Source of the DNA: Eledone cirrhosa
Lineage: Eukaryota
Assembly: GCA_964016885.1 (NCBI GenBank)
Contig: OZ024756.1
Coordinates: 33,852,001 to 33,916,000 of the forward strand
Direction of reading: 5' to 3'
Length of the DNA stretch: 64,000 nt
Positions 47,761 to 60,741 of this stretch are shown here, one piece after another. The first letter of the stretch is position 1. Every line of letters begins with the position of its first letter. The position numbers and the translations under genes were made by a program. Under the pieces are notes generated by a model. It was not told where the DNA came from. It made no database searches and was given only the letters and a program-made list of their open reading frames with translations.

Positions 47761-48072
47761 GTAAGAGAATCTGACCGACGCCGTTTACATAAACCATTGG
47801 CCCTATGCTTCATAAAACATGCTTTGCATTCGGAAACAAATGGAAATAATACACTCGGGTATAGAGATATTAAGAGTTTAGAAACTCCATCTTTTTAAAC
47901 ATGTTAGGCAAATATTTTCATATTATGAACATTTGATACCTAAAACGCACAATACTTTTAACGACTGTATATGTAATTATATATCTGCGTTAATGGCATA
48001 ATCCGTCCAAGATCGAATTCCAAACAATTATCCTTTAATTGATTGCATATCCTATTATATGGAAAAATGAGA

Positions 48073-48181
<109 letters not shown>

Positions 48182-48407
48182 ATATAATATATATGTGTCT
48201 GTGTATGTCTGTGTGTGTGTGAATGGTACTACTCTACGCATGCGTATCAATATACTAATGTAATAGAATAATTCAAATCATGTTTGTGTAATGGGATATC
48301 TAATACGAATGCTAGATAAAGTGTGTAACTTTTCAGTACGTTTGTTGAGACAGAAAGTTCAGACATTATATTGGAGTAATATTATGTAATACTATACACT
48401 GTAAATA

Positions 48408-48487
<80 letters not shown>

Positions 48488-48488
48488 A

Positions 48489-48569
<81 letters not shown>

Positions 48570-48644
48570 ATGTAGAGAGAGAGAGAGAGGGACGGCGCGA
48601 GAGAGAAAGAGAGAGATGAGTGGGAAGTTGTACATGTATATATA

Positions 48645-48739
<95 letters not shown>

Positions 48740-48887
48740 GTATATATATATATATATATTATTTAGAAAGTGAGGTTTTTTTTACAAAATGAAAAATAAC
48801 ACGAGTGAAAGTATAAAGAAAAACAGATGAAATCGAAAATTCAACTGGAGTCTTATTTTTTTTTAAATATATATATTTATTTGGTTC

Positions 48888-48923
48888 CTTTACCGGTTTC
48901 GCAGTTCTTCTGCTTTTCAAAAG
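48888..48923 (-). ncRNA. Hammerhead ribozyme, U3-A8 variant (left arm)
   Basis: Minus strand: CTT-TTGAAAA-GCAG-AAGAA-CTGC-GAAA-CCGGT-A-AAG. Confidence 0.65.
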
Positions 48924-48997
48924 TAGAGTTGAGATGGAGGATCTGTGGTTTTTCTCACATCTGTGAGAAAAACCACAGACCCTCCATCTCAACTCTA

Positions 48998-49033
48998 CTT
49001 TTGATAAGCAGAAGAACTGCGAAACCGGTAAAG
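48998..49033 (+). ncRNA. Hammerhead ribozyme, U3-A8 variant (right arm)
   Basis: CTT-TTGATAA-GCAG-AAGAA-CTGC-GAAA-CCGGT-A-AAG. G-C closed stem II, palindromic stem III ACCGGT, GUA triplet. Confidence 0.68.
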
Positions 49034-49330
49034 GAACCAAATAAATATATATATATTTTTTTTAAATAAGACTCCAGTTGCATTTTCGATTTCATCTTTT
49101 TTTCTTTATACTTTCACTCGTGAAAGTATACTTGAGAAAAAAAATTGGTCGTTCTGACTGCTGCTAGTTATAGCGGGAGCAGACTGACCTCCCTGCCTCT
49201 GCCTCTATCTTTACACACGGCACTTGAAAGAATTGCTTCCACTTAATTTACTCTCATCTCGGGAACAATTTTGAATAGCGCCAGTTCGTAATTTGAACTC
49301 GGGAATTTTATATTCTCCGAGTGAAAAGAC

Positions 49331-49414
49331 CCTTCTGACGAGAGTTTATCTTTGCAACGGATGCCGTATGGACTGTCCGTTTATTTTTGAGACTCAAAAC
49401 CGATTCGGTAAAGG
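49331..49414 (+). ncRNA. Hammerhead motif with long stem II and G12A lesion, in insert 49123-49485
   Basis: CCTT-CTGACGA-GAGTTT...AGACTC-AAAA-CCGATTCGGT-A-AAGG. All three stems pair; GAAA reads AAAA. Confidence 0.6.
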
Positions 49415-49503
49415 TAACCATAGTAAGTAAAGTTAATTTTTTTTTATTTATTTTGAAACATTTTCTTATTTGCTAAACCTGATTATATGTATATATATAT
49501 ATA

Positions 49504-49624
49504 TATTGTTATACTTGGGGAGGGTCATATTTGTGTAATATTGCCAGAATTAATAACAGAACACACTCACTGTTTGGTTGGTTTGCTACACGATTTCATA
49601 TCAAAAACCTCGCAAAACTAATTC
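49504..49624 (+). mobile_element. Deleted copy of the 32428 element (left arm start fused to tail)
   Basis: TATTGTTATACTTGGGGAGGGTCATATT...ACAGAACACA..CACTG then ACACGATTTC...AAAAACCT.GCAAAAC.AATT. Confidence 0.75.
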
Positions 49625-49644
49625 ATCGCCGTTATATATATATA

Positions 49645-49819
49645 TTGGCAGTATCGGTAGAGGGTCAGACACCATGCTTTCCAGCATAGTTACGTCGCTC
49701 TATGATCTGAGTTCAAATCCCGCCGAGGTTGATTTTGCCTTTCATCCTTACGGGGTCGATAAAATAAAGTACCAGTAATGCACTGGGTGATTGCTGGCCT
49801 TGTGACTAAAGTAGAAACA
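49645..49819 (+). mobile_element. SINE, main family
   Basis: Consensus match. Confidence 0.9.
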
Positions 49820-49900
49820 GTTATATATATATATATATATATAATATTGGCTTTTTGCTACAATATTTTCTATACCTTTCATTTATATATATATATATAA

Positions 49901-49984
<84 letters not shown>

Positions 49985-50620
49985 TCTGTGTGTATGCGTG
50001 TGTCTGTATGTGTGCGCGCGTCGTATAAGTAATTATACATATCAGCAATCGTATTTTCTGCATATAAACAAATGAGACATGTAGAGAATATACTAGATGT
50101 GGTAAGTATTGTAATCAGTACCTGTCCTTAATCACGTATTACATCTCCAGTTAGCCTAAGTGTTGAAATCTAAGTCGTTGCGACATGATCGCAGTTCAGA
50201 AAAATAAAATGCAGTTGATATTCATTCTATTTAAGTAATTAATTATCTGCTTGAGAAAATAATTAGGAAAGAAGCCAGCCAATCATCATTTTCGACATGG
50301 AAATTATGTTTATTTGGTTCGATCTGACTATTTGTCTGTGTATGAAATGTTTGTATCAATTCGAATTGAGAGATAACAGTTCTGATATTGCGGACATGTG
50401 GTTAGAATGTCTCAGGAAATAATCTCTGGACGGGATTATTTACGGACAAAAGAAAACAAAAAAAAACAGCCGGCAGAAAAACCAAGGGGTAGACCCGGGT
50501 AAGATGTTTCGATGTTATCTATAAGCTCGACTGGTTTTCGCTTGGAGATCCAGCTGGATCTGCCCACCACCTCTCTGCCAAGAATAAGTGGGAAGAGGAT
50601 GAGAAGGTGGAGGAGGGAGA

Positions 50621-50774
50621 GAAGAAGAAGAAGAAGAAGAAGAAGAAGAAGAAGAAGAAGAAGAAGAAGAAGAAGAAGAAGAAGAAGAAGAAGAAGAAGA
50701 AGAAGAAGAAGAAGAAGAAGAAGAAGAAGAAGAAGAAGAAGAAGAAGAAGAAGAAGAAGAAGAAGAAGAAGAAG
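50621..50774. repeat. (GAA)n microsatellite
   Basis: Direct reading. Confidence 0.98.
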
Positions 50775-51177
50775 CATGTTATTATATTTTAGAAGAAGGA
50801 TCAGAATGGAGAGAGAGGTGCTCTACCCCAGCAAGTTTTATTAAAGGTGGGTGAAAGTGGCGAGAATGGCCCGAGTGAATGGGCCTTCTCTCTATATCAG
50901 CCTGTAGGTGAGAGAGGAGAAGAAAGAGGAGAGGAAGGGAGCACCCGCTCTTTGTGCTCCTGAGGAGGAGGGTTGAACATTTTTTTCGGGGTGTGTGCGA
51001 CCCACGTCAACGCCCCCTCCCTATTGAGGACTTCGATTGTTGAATTTTATTTGTTATATGTTTTTACACATCCTTTGAAATGTACGTAACCCCCCCCCCC
51101 CTCCCCTTGTATTTGTCCCAATATTTGATGCCCTGGTGGCAAATAAATAGAAAGTTATCTATCTAAAAAAAAAAAAA
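50775..51177 (+). mobile_element. 3' end of an L1/Tx1-type LINE, 5'-truncated
   Basis: Frame LLYFRRRIRMEREVLYPSKFY*RWVKVARMARVNGPSLYISL* resembles Tx1 ORF2 C-termini (RIR.E...F..RW), followed by a UTR, AATAAA at 51142-51147 and poly(A) at 51165-51177. Confidence 0.55.
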
Positions 51178-51320
51178 TGTTTTAAATGTGTCAATAAATC
51201 AGACAGCTTCAACAGAGCACGTACAGAAATGTTCTAATACGAAAGGGACTCAGTAATATTTGAACAAAGCACCAAATGCTCACGAGAAACATTCAGTAAT
51301 TAAACAAAATTCTTATTAAT

Positions 51321-51502
51321 TAATTGTTTCTACTTTTGGCACAAGGCCACCAATTACCCAGTGCATTACTGGTACTTTATTTTATCGACCCCGGAAGGAT
51401 GAAAGGCAAAGTTAACCTCGGCGGGATTTGAACTCAGAATGGCAAGGGCCGTAACTCTATGCGTCTAAGCATGGCGTCCGACCCTCTACCAATACTGCCA
51501 AT
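51321..51502 (-). mobile_element. SINE, main family
   Basis: Reverse complement of the consensus. Confidence 0.9.
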
Positions 51503-52426
51503 GCGTGCTGAGCTAAGGTTCAAATATTCACCTCTTCACAACAAGGAAATATGATAGTTAGGTTTCTGTTCAAGATAGAGTATAGTCAGTGCCAAATAAA
51601 GGATTCCTAAGAGAGACGGGGGGGGAGGAAGACTGGTTAGATTGGAAATCTGAACTCTAATGATATGGTTCAATTGTAGTTGTCATTGAAATTTAAACAG
51701 TGTTCATATAACGCACCTATTTAACACACGTGTAAAGTTGCTTCTGACACTTTTATAAAATCCCGTTGGAATATAAATATTCAAAGGCAATTATATGGAA
51801 CTACAATTCATTATCAGAAGAAGACAGTAATATGTGTGTAAAGTAATAGTCTAAAATGCAATTAAAATGAAGCTTGAGTTGATTTAATACCTATTATTGT
51901 CATACTGCTAGACAAAATATTACAAAACTAGGTCTTCTGTGATTCGATACAATTCACATTGTATTGTCATGTTCTAGTAAGTTGGGACCCCGGCTCACGA
52001 CTGTATGACTAGGAATTTTATGCCCAGTAGCGTTTTGTCCCCTTGAGCATGTCTAGTTATTTCACGTTACTCCAGTTCACCCAACTGACAAAAATAAGTT
52101 GTACCTGCGGTTTAAAGTGTATGGAGGGGTGGGGCAACCTTCTCACAGAATGTATTTCTCTGCATCTTTCTAAGAACTACATTGAGAACTACACGTATCT
52201 ATAGAATACTCAGTACCTCACATGTTAATTTCATGAGCATCCAGTTCAATTGATAGACTCACTGAAATACTCATCGTCGTAACCGATGTAGGTCCGACAG
52301 CAACAACTCACATAAAATTTTATCATACATAGTTAGATGTTAAATGTAAATGTAATTATAAGTTTAAGACGTTAGTGTCATTAATTATGTTTATATTGTT
52401 TTACTTGTTTCTATCATCTGACTAGA

Positions 52427-52646
52427 TAATGGTTTTTGATTTAGGCACAAGGCCAGCATTTTTTAAGGTGAGGGGAAAGCCGATTAAATCGACTCCAGTA
52501 CATTACTGGTGCTTTATTTTATCGACCCCGTAAGGATGAAAGGCAGAGTTAACCTCGGCGGAATTTGGACTCAGAACGTAAAGGACCGTAACTCTATGCT
52601 GCAAAGCATGGTGTCCGACTCTACCAATACTGCCAATCCACCGCCC
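52427..52646 (-). mobile_element. SINE, main family, long variant
   Basis: Consensus plus the extra GGGGAAAGCCGATTAAATCGAC segment also seen in the 21717 and 25720 copies. Confidence 0.88.
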
Positions 52647-53380
52647 ATATCTGAACACATAATGAAATACGTTCGTATATAAGACTGTAAGGTATGATTT
52701 GAGCATGGTTTAGCTTCTATATCTAGCATGTAAAGTGTCCGCGAAATAAAAGCTCTTTCGTTGGCTTGGAATTTATGACGTGTTAGTAAAGTTAGATGTG
52801 AACAAAAACGTCGTTGTATACGCTGTATCAACGAAACAATACTTTTTTTTATTAATGTGATAAACCTTTTATTGTCCTTTTAGTTTTCGCCTTTCTTTTT
52901 TATTGATGTTTGCCTTTTGTCTTGGCTATGTCTATATCTTGGTTCAGAATTGTCACTGGTGTTGTTTTATGGACAGGTTTTTTTTTCCGATATTCAGAAA
53001 TGTGGTATAGAGTTAAAGTGGATTCAGTCATCAATTCATGGCATACTTAAGCTTACTTTCCGTTTTCTTGCAATCTTTATTACGTGGTGATGTTTTTACA
53101 TAAACACATCTCAAAAATATTTTTTCCAAAACAAAATATACGTCGTTTTCTTCGCATTTCGTGAAACAATTATTTATTTTTAGATGTGCAGACATGTATA
53201 TAAGATCAGAATAAATATAAGGTATCCCTATATATTTTATGTAAAAAGCTTAACCCTTTCATTGCTGTATTTCTGATGAAAAACACTGTTTATGTGTTTC
53301 AAATAATTTAAAAAATTACCGAGAATTTTGCGGCATCTAGTTTAAGTAATATAACTAACTTTTTCATTACTGAGCTGGTG

Positions 53381-53500
53381 TACGAGAGTCGACTGACAAG
53401 TTCATTGGCTGGTGTACGAGAGTCGGCTGAGAAGTTCATTGGCTGACCAAAATACTCTCATGGAATAACCAAATTAGGTTTATTTTTTAATAGTCCCTGG
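53381..53500 (+). mobile_element. Tc1/mariner-type terminal fragment with duplicated first ~34 bp
   Basis: TA-CGAGAGTCG(A/G)CTGA(C/G)AAGTTCATTGGCT twice, mariner-like TACGAG start. It interrupts a TTAACCCTTT-ended repeat starting near 53250. Confidence 0.5.
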
Positions 53501-53523
53501 AAATAAACAATGTAGTTATTAAT

Positions 53524-53920
53524 GAAACTACTATAGTAACAATAGTTAGAAACTACTATAGTAACAATATTTATAACATTCTCTCGCTGGGTTCTTGTAG
53601 ATGGGTTTACTAACTCTTCAGTATAGAAACTACTATAGTAATAACATTTAGAAACTACTATTGTACCATTTATAATATTTTCTCACTGTGTTCTTGTTCT
53701 TGTAGGTGAGATTTACTAACTCTTCAGTATAGAAACTAATATAGTAACAACATTTATAACATTCTCACACGGTCTAATTGTAGATGGGCTTACTAACTCT
53801 TCAGTATAGAAACTAATATAGTAACAACATTTATAACATTCTCACACGGTCTAATTGTAGATGGACTTTCTAACTCTTCAGTATAGAAACTAATATAGTA
53901 ATAACATTTATAAAATTTTC
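53524..53920. repeat. ~76-bp tandem repeat, 4-5 units
   Basis: AGAAACTA(C/A)TATAGTAA...TTGTAG(A/G)TG...CTAACTCTTCAGTAT repeated. Confidence 0.9.
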
Positions 53921-54573
53921 TCCAGCGAAGAGAAATTATTTCCCATGACTTCTAAATATTCTGACATTAATGAGTTTTGATTTAAACTGATCAGGTCTAT
54001 GAAATTTACCCAAGAAGCCAAGGAAAGCTAGAAGAATATAATGCTATAAAAGATTACGAAACGAATGTCTGAATCTTATTGCTGAGTTTTGTTAATTAAT
54101 TTCTTTTGAATGGAAACGGAACATAATTTAAATTACTCTTTCTCTATTCTCGTATCGTTTCCTCTCCTAACTGGAGTGGATGGCGACTTTACGACGCCAT
54201 GCAGCTTACACATGATTTACGGTGTGTATAACTGATATTATCACTACTCAACATGAATTACATATTCTTCCAATATTAATAATAAACTAAATTGGCAAAT
54301 GATGCTCAGGGTGTGGTATCGAAATGTATCCAACCATTCATGCGTCTCGATTCCTTTCATTTTATTTGTTAATATAATGATTTAATCAATACAACTTTCT
54401 CTGTAGTTGGGACCGGGGTGGAGGGTTACGATTACAAATTGATAGTACATTTCTCATTAGCTTAAAATACTTTTACTTCTTCTAAATAATCGTTATTTAT
54501 TTTATAGTATAAATATACACGCGGTTAAATTTACGATATGTATGTGATTCTGTTAAACATCGAAATAACTATA

Positions 54574-54760
54574 ATAACTGCCCAGCTGGAGAGCCAGACT
54601 CTGGAGATCGTTAACAACTTTGCAGACCTGGGATGTATCCTCATTAAAATTGCTAACTCAAGAACTTATGTGGAAAAGAGGATCATCATAACTGCAATTG
54701 ATTTTCAGTGTTTGAAGCATGCATGGTTAAAATCCTTCATCAGCCAAGGCTCAAATCTCA
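54574..54760 (+). pseudogene. RTE-clade LINE reverse transcriptase C-terminal fragment
   Basis: QLESQTLEIVNNFADLGCIL...VEKRI..TAIDFQCLKHAW...IS matches the RTE pattern LE.V..F.YLGS.I...RI..A...F..L...W....IS. Confidence 0.7.
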
Positions 54761-55504
54761 GCCAAGCTCAAATCTCAGCCAAGGCTCATCGTCGTTGGCA
54801 CAATTATCGACATATACATAATTGTGCCAACGACGATAAAGGCATAGGAAACATAGAAGACCGGCAGTATCTACAGAACCTCATATATCTTCCATATACA
54901 TTGCTTTTAATATTTTTTCATCCCGTAAAAATGGAAGGCATGGTTAATCTCACTGTGATTTGAACTGCGACTGCAAGGTATTAGAATAAATAAACCAATA
55001 TTATTGATCAACGCTCTTAATATACAATTTACAAGTAATAAATAATTATTAATCAATATTTACAATTTTAATCAATATTAATTTCGTTTCTGTTTCGATG
55101 ACTAGTGCTCTAGTAATTCGGTCAACCGAGCTATTTACTCATTGAATTTGAATATTATAACTGGTATATAATAAATCTACCGATGCGTGACACTTCCAAT
55201 CTTCAGGTAGAACCAATATCTGGGTGATCTTCGTGTGTGACAAGACTCGCCTTCAACACTTTCGTTATAACATTTTTTAAAGAAATGTGCCGCCTAAAAT
55301 TGTCAAACAATTTTGAATTTATCGGGATTTAAGCTGTTCTTTGGAAGATGGCTTAACAAATCTTCTTCCATGAATATAAACTTTAAATCAAAAAGGTTTC
55401 TTTCGAAAAACTAAAAGCGGTTTCGTGAATTTTAGTATCAAAAATGTTAGATTATTACATTATTACATTTTAGTATCAAAAATATTACATTATTACATTA
55501 TTAC

Positions 55505-55650
55505 ATGCTTTGACGCATAGAGTTACGGCCCTTGCCATTCTGAGTTCAAGTCCCGCTGGGGTTAACTTTGCTCTTACGGGGTCGATAAGATAAAGTACCA
55601 GTAATGTACTGGTTAATTTCTGGCCTTGTGCCAAAAGTAGAAACAATTAT
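55505..55650 (+). mobile_element. SINE, main family, 5'-truncated
   Basis: Consensus from CATGCTTTGACGC to AGAAACAATT; ATTATTACATT on both flanks. Confidence 0.88.
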
Positions 55651-56168
55651 TACATTATAAGTATCGCTCACGCGACAAATTTCTTGTCAAATTTTACTCA
55701 TAACGCTTGGTTCTAAAGGAGAATATGCTACGAATGTTAGTCTTTGGGTATGGAGCATTAGGATTGAACCCCTGATATGAGGATTAATACAAAAAAGAAA
55801 TTTTAAGCGTTCAACCACACGTGAGCCTGAAGGTAAGAACTCGTCGGATTTTCTTTGTAAATAATTGATATTATGTTATCAGATACAATGACTGAAACTC
55901 ATTGCCTTCATCTGACATAAATATATCTTCCAGAATTATTAGTTTATGATGGAATTACAAACGTCAATGTATGTGTGTGTATGTGTGCGTGTATATATGT
56001 GTGTGTAAGTGTGTGCGAGCCTGTGTGCTTGTGTACACATATGTACATAACTATATACATATATATACATGCGGATAAATAAACATCATTGTATGCATTC
56101 ATTTTTATGTAGTCACTCATACACACACATACATATAATATCTATATCTGTGTGTGCGCGTAAGTATG

Positions 56169-56207
<39 letters not shown>

Positions 56208-56291
56208 GCATGTGTGAACGGAGAAGGAGAGAGAGTGGTACGGCGAACATAATAAGATATGTACATATAATTTTTGCGCGTCCAAATACGA

Positions 56292-56455
<164 letters not shown>

Positions 56456-57163
56456 GCGTGTGGGTGAGTGTGAGTGTGTATGTATGTATATTAATGTGGT
56501 TAAATTTCGGTATATAAATTCGATTGACATTTAATTATTAAGAGAATAGAGAAAATACACATAAGGTTTCTTACATTGTGTAATTATAAGATGCAATTTA
56601 AACATTCTCAATATAGCTAATTTTAATTTCTCTTAAATACATCAAAACTGATACGTAGATAAAATAAAACAAATCTTCGGTGGTAAGTAAGGTTTCCATG
56701 TAATCATGTAATCAAATTTATCGCAATTGGATTTTAAAAAAGCTATACGCATACATGTAAATACGTACATATGGATAAGGAAGGAAGCCATAAAAAAACA
56801 TTATTTGTGTACGGTAACGAATGTGTTACAAACAGAAACAAGAAATAAACGAAATGTCGAAGACAATAATGGGAGATTAACGGGGATGTGAAAATTTCAA
56901 TTATTTGATACATATCTGTGGATTTTTTTCTTTATAATTCATTTAACAAGAGACGCATCGTTTCGTATGGCATGCTATTACAGATAACATACCATACAAG
57001 TAAAACATCGCGCACGTACGGTTATGTGAATAATAGAATTAGCTCCCCTTATATATGTTTTTGTGTTTGATTGCGCAACATTTTAGTGTCCACACATTTA
57101 GACGGCTCAGGTTGACCAAAACCTTTCGTACGCACGTTGAGACTAAGCGGGATCTCATCATTT

Positions 57164-57223
<60 letters not shown>

Positions 57224-57276
57224 CCGTTCCGGTGGTTACTTGAAGATTAACCTCACACAAGACGTCCATCCGACTT

Positions 57277-57446
57277 CGGCCAGCAATTTCCTCCATTGCA
57301 TTATTGGTACTTTATTTTATTGACCCCGTAAGGATGAAAGGCAAAGTTAACCTCAGCGGGATTTGAACTCAGAACATAAAGAGCCATAACTCTCTGCTGC
57401 GAAGCATGGCATCTGACCCTCTACCGATACTGCCAATCCACCACCC
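57277..57446 (-). mobile_element. SINE, main family
   Basis: Reverse complement of the consensus. Confidence 0.88.
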
Positions 57447-58192
57447 TAATAGTAATAATAAAATAAATGAACAATAACTTATGTTTGCTTTTTTATCCTC
57501 GAACAAATAAGTGATGGTTAAGATTTATTTTATTTTGGAAATAATGTCGTATGGAAGAAACAAACAATCAGCAATTTAAAGAACTGAACTATGCTGATTC
57601 AATATTCTAGTGAACTCATTTCAGTTCACTTATTCATTTACACTGCTATTGCTCATGGGAAATAAATGTAAAAGCTGATACAAAATAGCCAATTGCTTCT
57701 CTTATAATTATCAGACATTGCACTGAGACAAAGAAAATGAAAACAAAAGACAAACTGTTTAAAGGGGTGGTTTATTTTCTATTTCCAGTTCGACTCATTT
57801 CACGTCATATGAATGACAAAGACTGATGTCTTTTCAAATATCAAGCCATAAACGTCACTCAACTTTCTTTCATTATCTCCCTTTATAAAATTTGTAAGAC
57901 ATAACTTACGCTTAAAGCTTCAAGGTTTCCCCTCACGTGTTTCAACTAGCTATGTGTATATTACTTTATTTTATTCCTTTATTCCTTTATACTTGTGTTC
58001 TTTTGTTTCATTGCTGGTTTCAGTTATTAGATTGTGGCCATACTGGGGCACTATCGTTGAAGATATTTTAATCGACCGTATCAAAATCAGTTGCAATTTC
58101 TCAAGTCTTGTAACTATTTTACGGCTCTGTTTGTTTGTTTGTTTTTGTTAACGGAACATAAACACAGACACACACACACACAAAGATACATC

Positions 58193-58285
<93 letters not shown>

Positions 58286-58286
58286 G

Positions 58287-58327
<41 letters not shown>

Positions 58328-59288
58328 AGAGAGAATAACCAAGAAACCAAGAAATACTTAAAACATAATTTTAATTCTACATATATTTCAAAGTATAGCA
58401 GCGGACCATACCACGATATATACAAGGTATCTGTCGGTCGCTCAACATATCTTCAGGAATGTATATATTGTTAAAATTTTAAGAGTATTACATACAAAAG
58501 ATAACATCATACCATAGATGAGGCTCATACCATATCAATTAATGTATTGCAAATTGCAAGCACACTCAAAAGCAACACCAAAGCAGAAGCGGTATTTAAT
58601 ACAGTATATCAAAATGTAGTACTTCTATGCATCCGTACATTAATAAAGATATGATTAGAATTGCATGAGATTTTTAGTGTGCATATTGACGGGAAAATGG
58701 ACGGTAGTTATTCAATAATGTAAATCCATGTGCATCACTACATTTTATTGCTGGATTTTTTAAATATGTTACAGAAAAACTAGAGTAACTATAGTAACTA
58801 CGAATCCTCTTTCCATCTAAATGCAGGGTAAATTTGTAGTTAAATTATTTACCTATAATAACTACCTTCAGTTCCACTAGATTAAATTAATAACAATTAT
58901 TATAACATTGTGGTTTCATGTGTATAGTTGTATGAAGACTTTCGGCGAACATTCTAATATATAAAACTATCTAAGTCAGCAAAAAATAATTGTTTAATTA
59001 TTTATCTTTCTATATTCATTTACTGATATCTCATTGTATTCTAATATTATATAAATAAAATTAATACTAATGTTATACTGTTAGAAATCTTCTTATCAAG
59101 AAGAATTAATTTTAAACTTAAATTCGTTCGACGTTATCAACCTCTTGTTTTCCATTTTTCTATTTTTTATTTATTTGTATACGCCTATCTCGTATAATTG
59201 CGTATAAATATATGTGAGTATATAAATGTGAGTTCCGGGTTCAATCGGTGCTCTATACATTAATAGAGTGTAAAAATCAGGTTTAAGG

Positions 59289-59393
59289 TAGAAATGGCTT
59301 CTACAGAATTGGAACTGTTTCATTCGAAAAAAATCATTAGTTCCAAATTATTTCTTTCGAATGAAACAGTTCTAGTCCTGTAGAAGTAATTTC

Positions 59394-59395
<2 letters not shown>
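59289..59395. mobile_element. Diverged fold-back insert abutting (TA)n
   Basis: TAGAAATGGCTTCTACAGAATTGGAACTGTTTCATTCGAAA / TTTCGAATGAAACAGTTCTAGTCCTGTAGAAGTAATTTCTA; GAAACAGTT follows the inner hairpin, as in family B. Confidence 0.6.
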
Positions 59396-59451
<56 letters not shown>

Positions 59452-59475
59452 GTGTGTGTGTGTATGTATATATAT

Positions 59476-59506
<31 letters not shown>

Positions 59507-60521
59507 TATATATATTTATATATATATATATTTATATAATTATAGGAGTAACCAAAGGGTGCTTAGAAATACATTGTTTTATTATCTAACAGTGTTTCAT
59601 CCATACACCATGGCAGGAATCTTCAGAGCCTATAAACATGAGTATATCAGTAGTTGCATGCTCCATCGAGCTGCGTCACCAGAACAAGGTTAAATGACCA
59701 GCAGGGGGTCCCGAGGTTAGCGTTATATGGAAAAAGACATAATACACGATGCACTTAATGTCATAAAATGTCTAAAAAAATGTTTAAATTAAAAATTTAA
59801 AATTTAAAATTACACCAAAAATGTATCACTTAGCTGGTGCAATAGATGATAAAGAGGTTGGGAGAGAGTAGCAAGGGATGAGTGAGGGTATTACTAAGCA
59901 TGATCAGAAACAATCAGAAAATATAAGAAAATAACAAAAAAATAATTTTAAAAAATGAAAAAAATAAAAATAAAAATAATAAAAAAATAAAAAAGTAAAA
60001 AAGTACAAAAATACAGGGATAAGAAAAGAGATAAATACAATAATATAAAACAATTAATGAACAAAAAGCCCGGAAACCCCACCAAAAATATATAAGACAA
60101 AGCAAAGCATGGATGCATCAAAGCACAAGCAGTGCAAACGGGGGTGTACAGGCAGATCAAGAGAGTTTGTAAGCATGAGTCTGTGAAAAGAATTGTTGGT
60201 TAACAGTAATGCAGCCTTACATGGATGATAGTCCATATGAGGGATGGTGTACTCTAAATATATCACCCTGTAATAGGTCGATTCTCCTTATCATATCCGC
60301 ACCCTACGAACCACATCGATATGTTCAAGTTCCGAACTCCAAGTGAGATAACACTATTTTTCCAAAACCTATAGCCAGGGGATTTATCACCATAGGCGGT
60401 CTGGGATATACACCTAAAATCTGCAATAAAAAATAAAAGAAGGTACGACGAGTTAAAGAAATGTATGGCACATATACAGCCGGCACAGATGTGAGGAAAT
60501 GGAAAACATCATTTATTTATT

Positions 60522-60583
<62 letters not shown>

Positions 60584-60632
60584 GAGAGAGAGCGAGAGAG
60601 ATGTATCTATCTATATATATATGTGTGTGTAA

Positions 60633-60741
<109 letters not shown>

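Larger units (their letters stand above)
48759..49122 (-). mobile_element. Fold-back insert, family E, about 320-bp palindrome with a variant HHR in each arm
   Basis: Arms 48800-48958 and 48962-49122 (apex CTCACA-TC-TGTGAG); short tail 48759-48799 against (TA)n. Confidence 0.85.

Noticed and set aside
53524-53920. Minus-strand CTGAAGA in each 76-bp unit as a possible HHR array
   Set aside because: No stem II hairpin followed by GAAA and NUH in the units.
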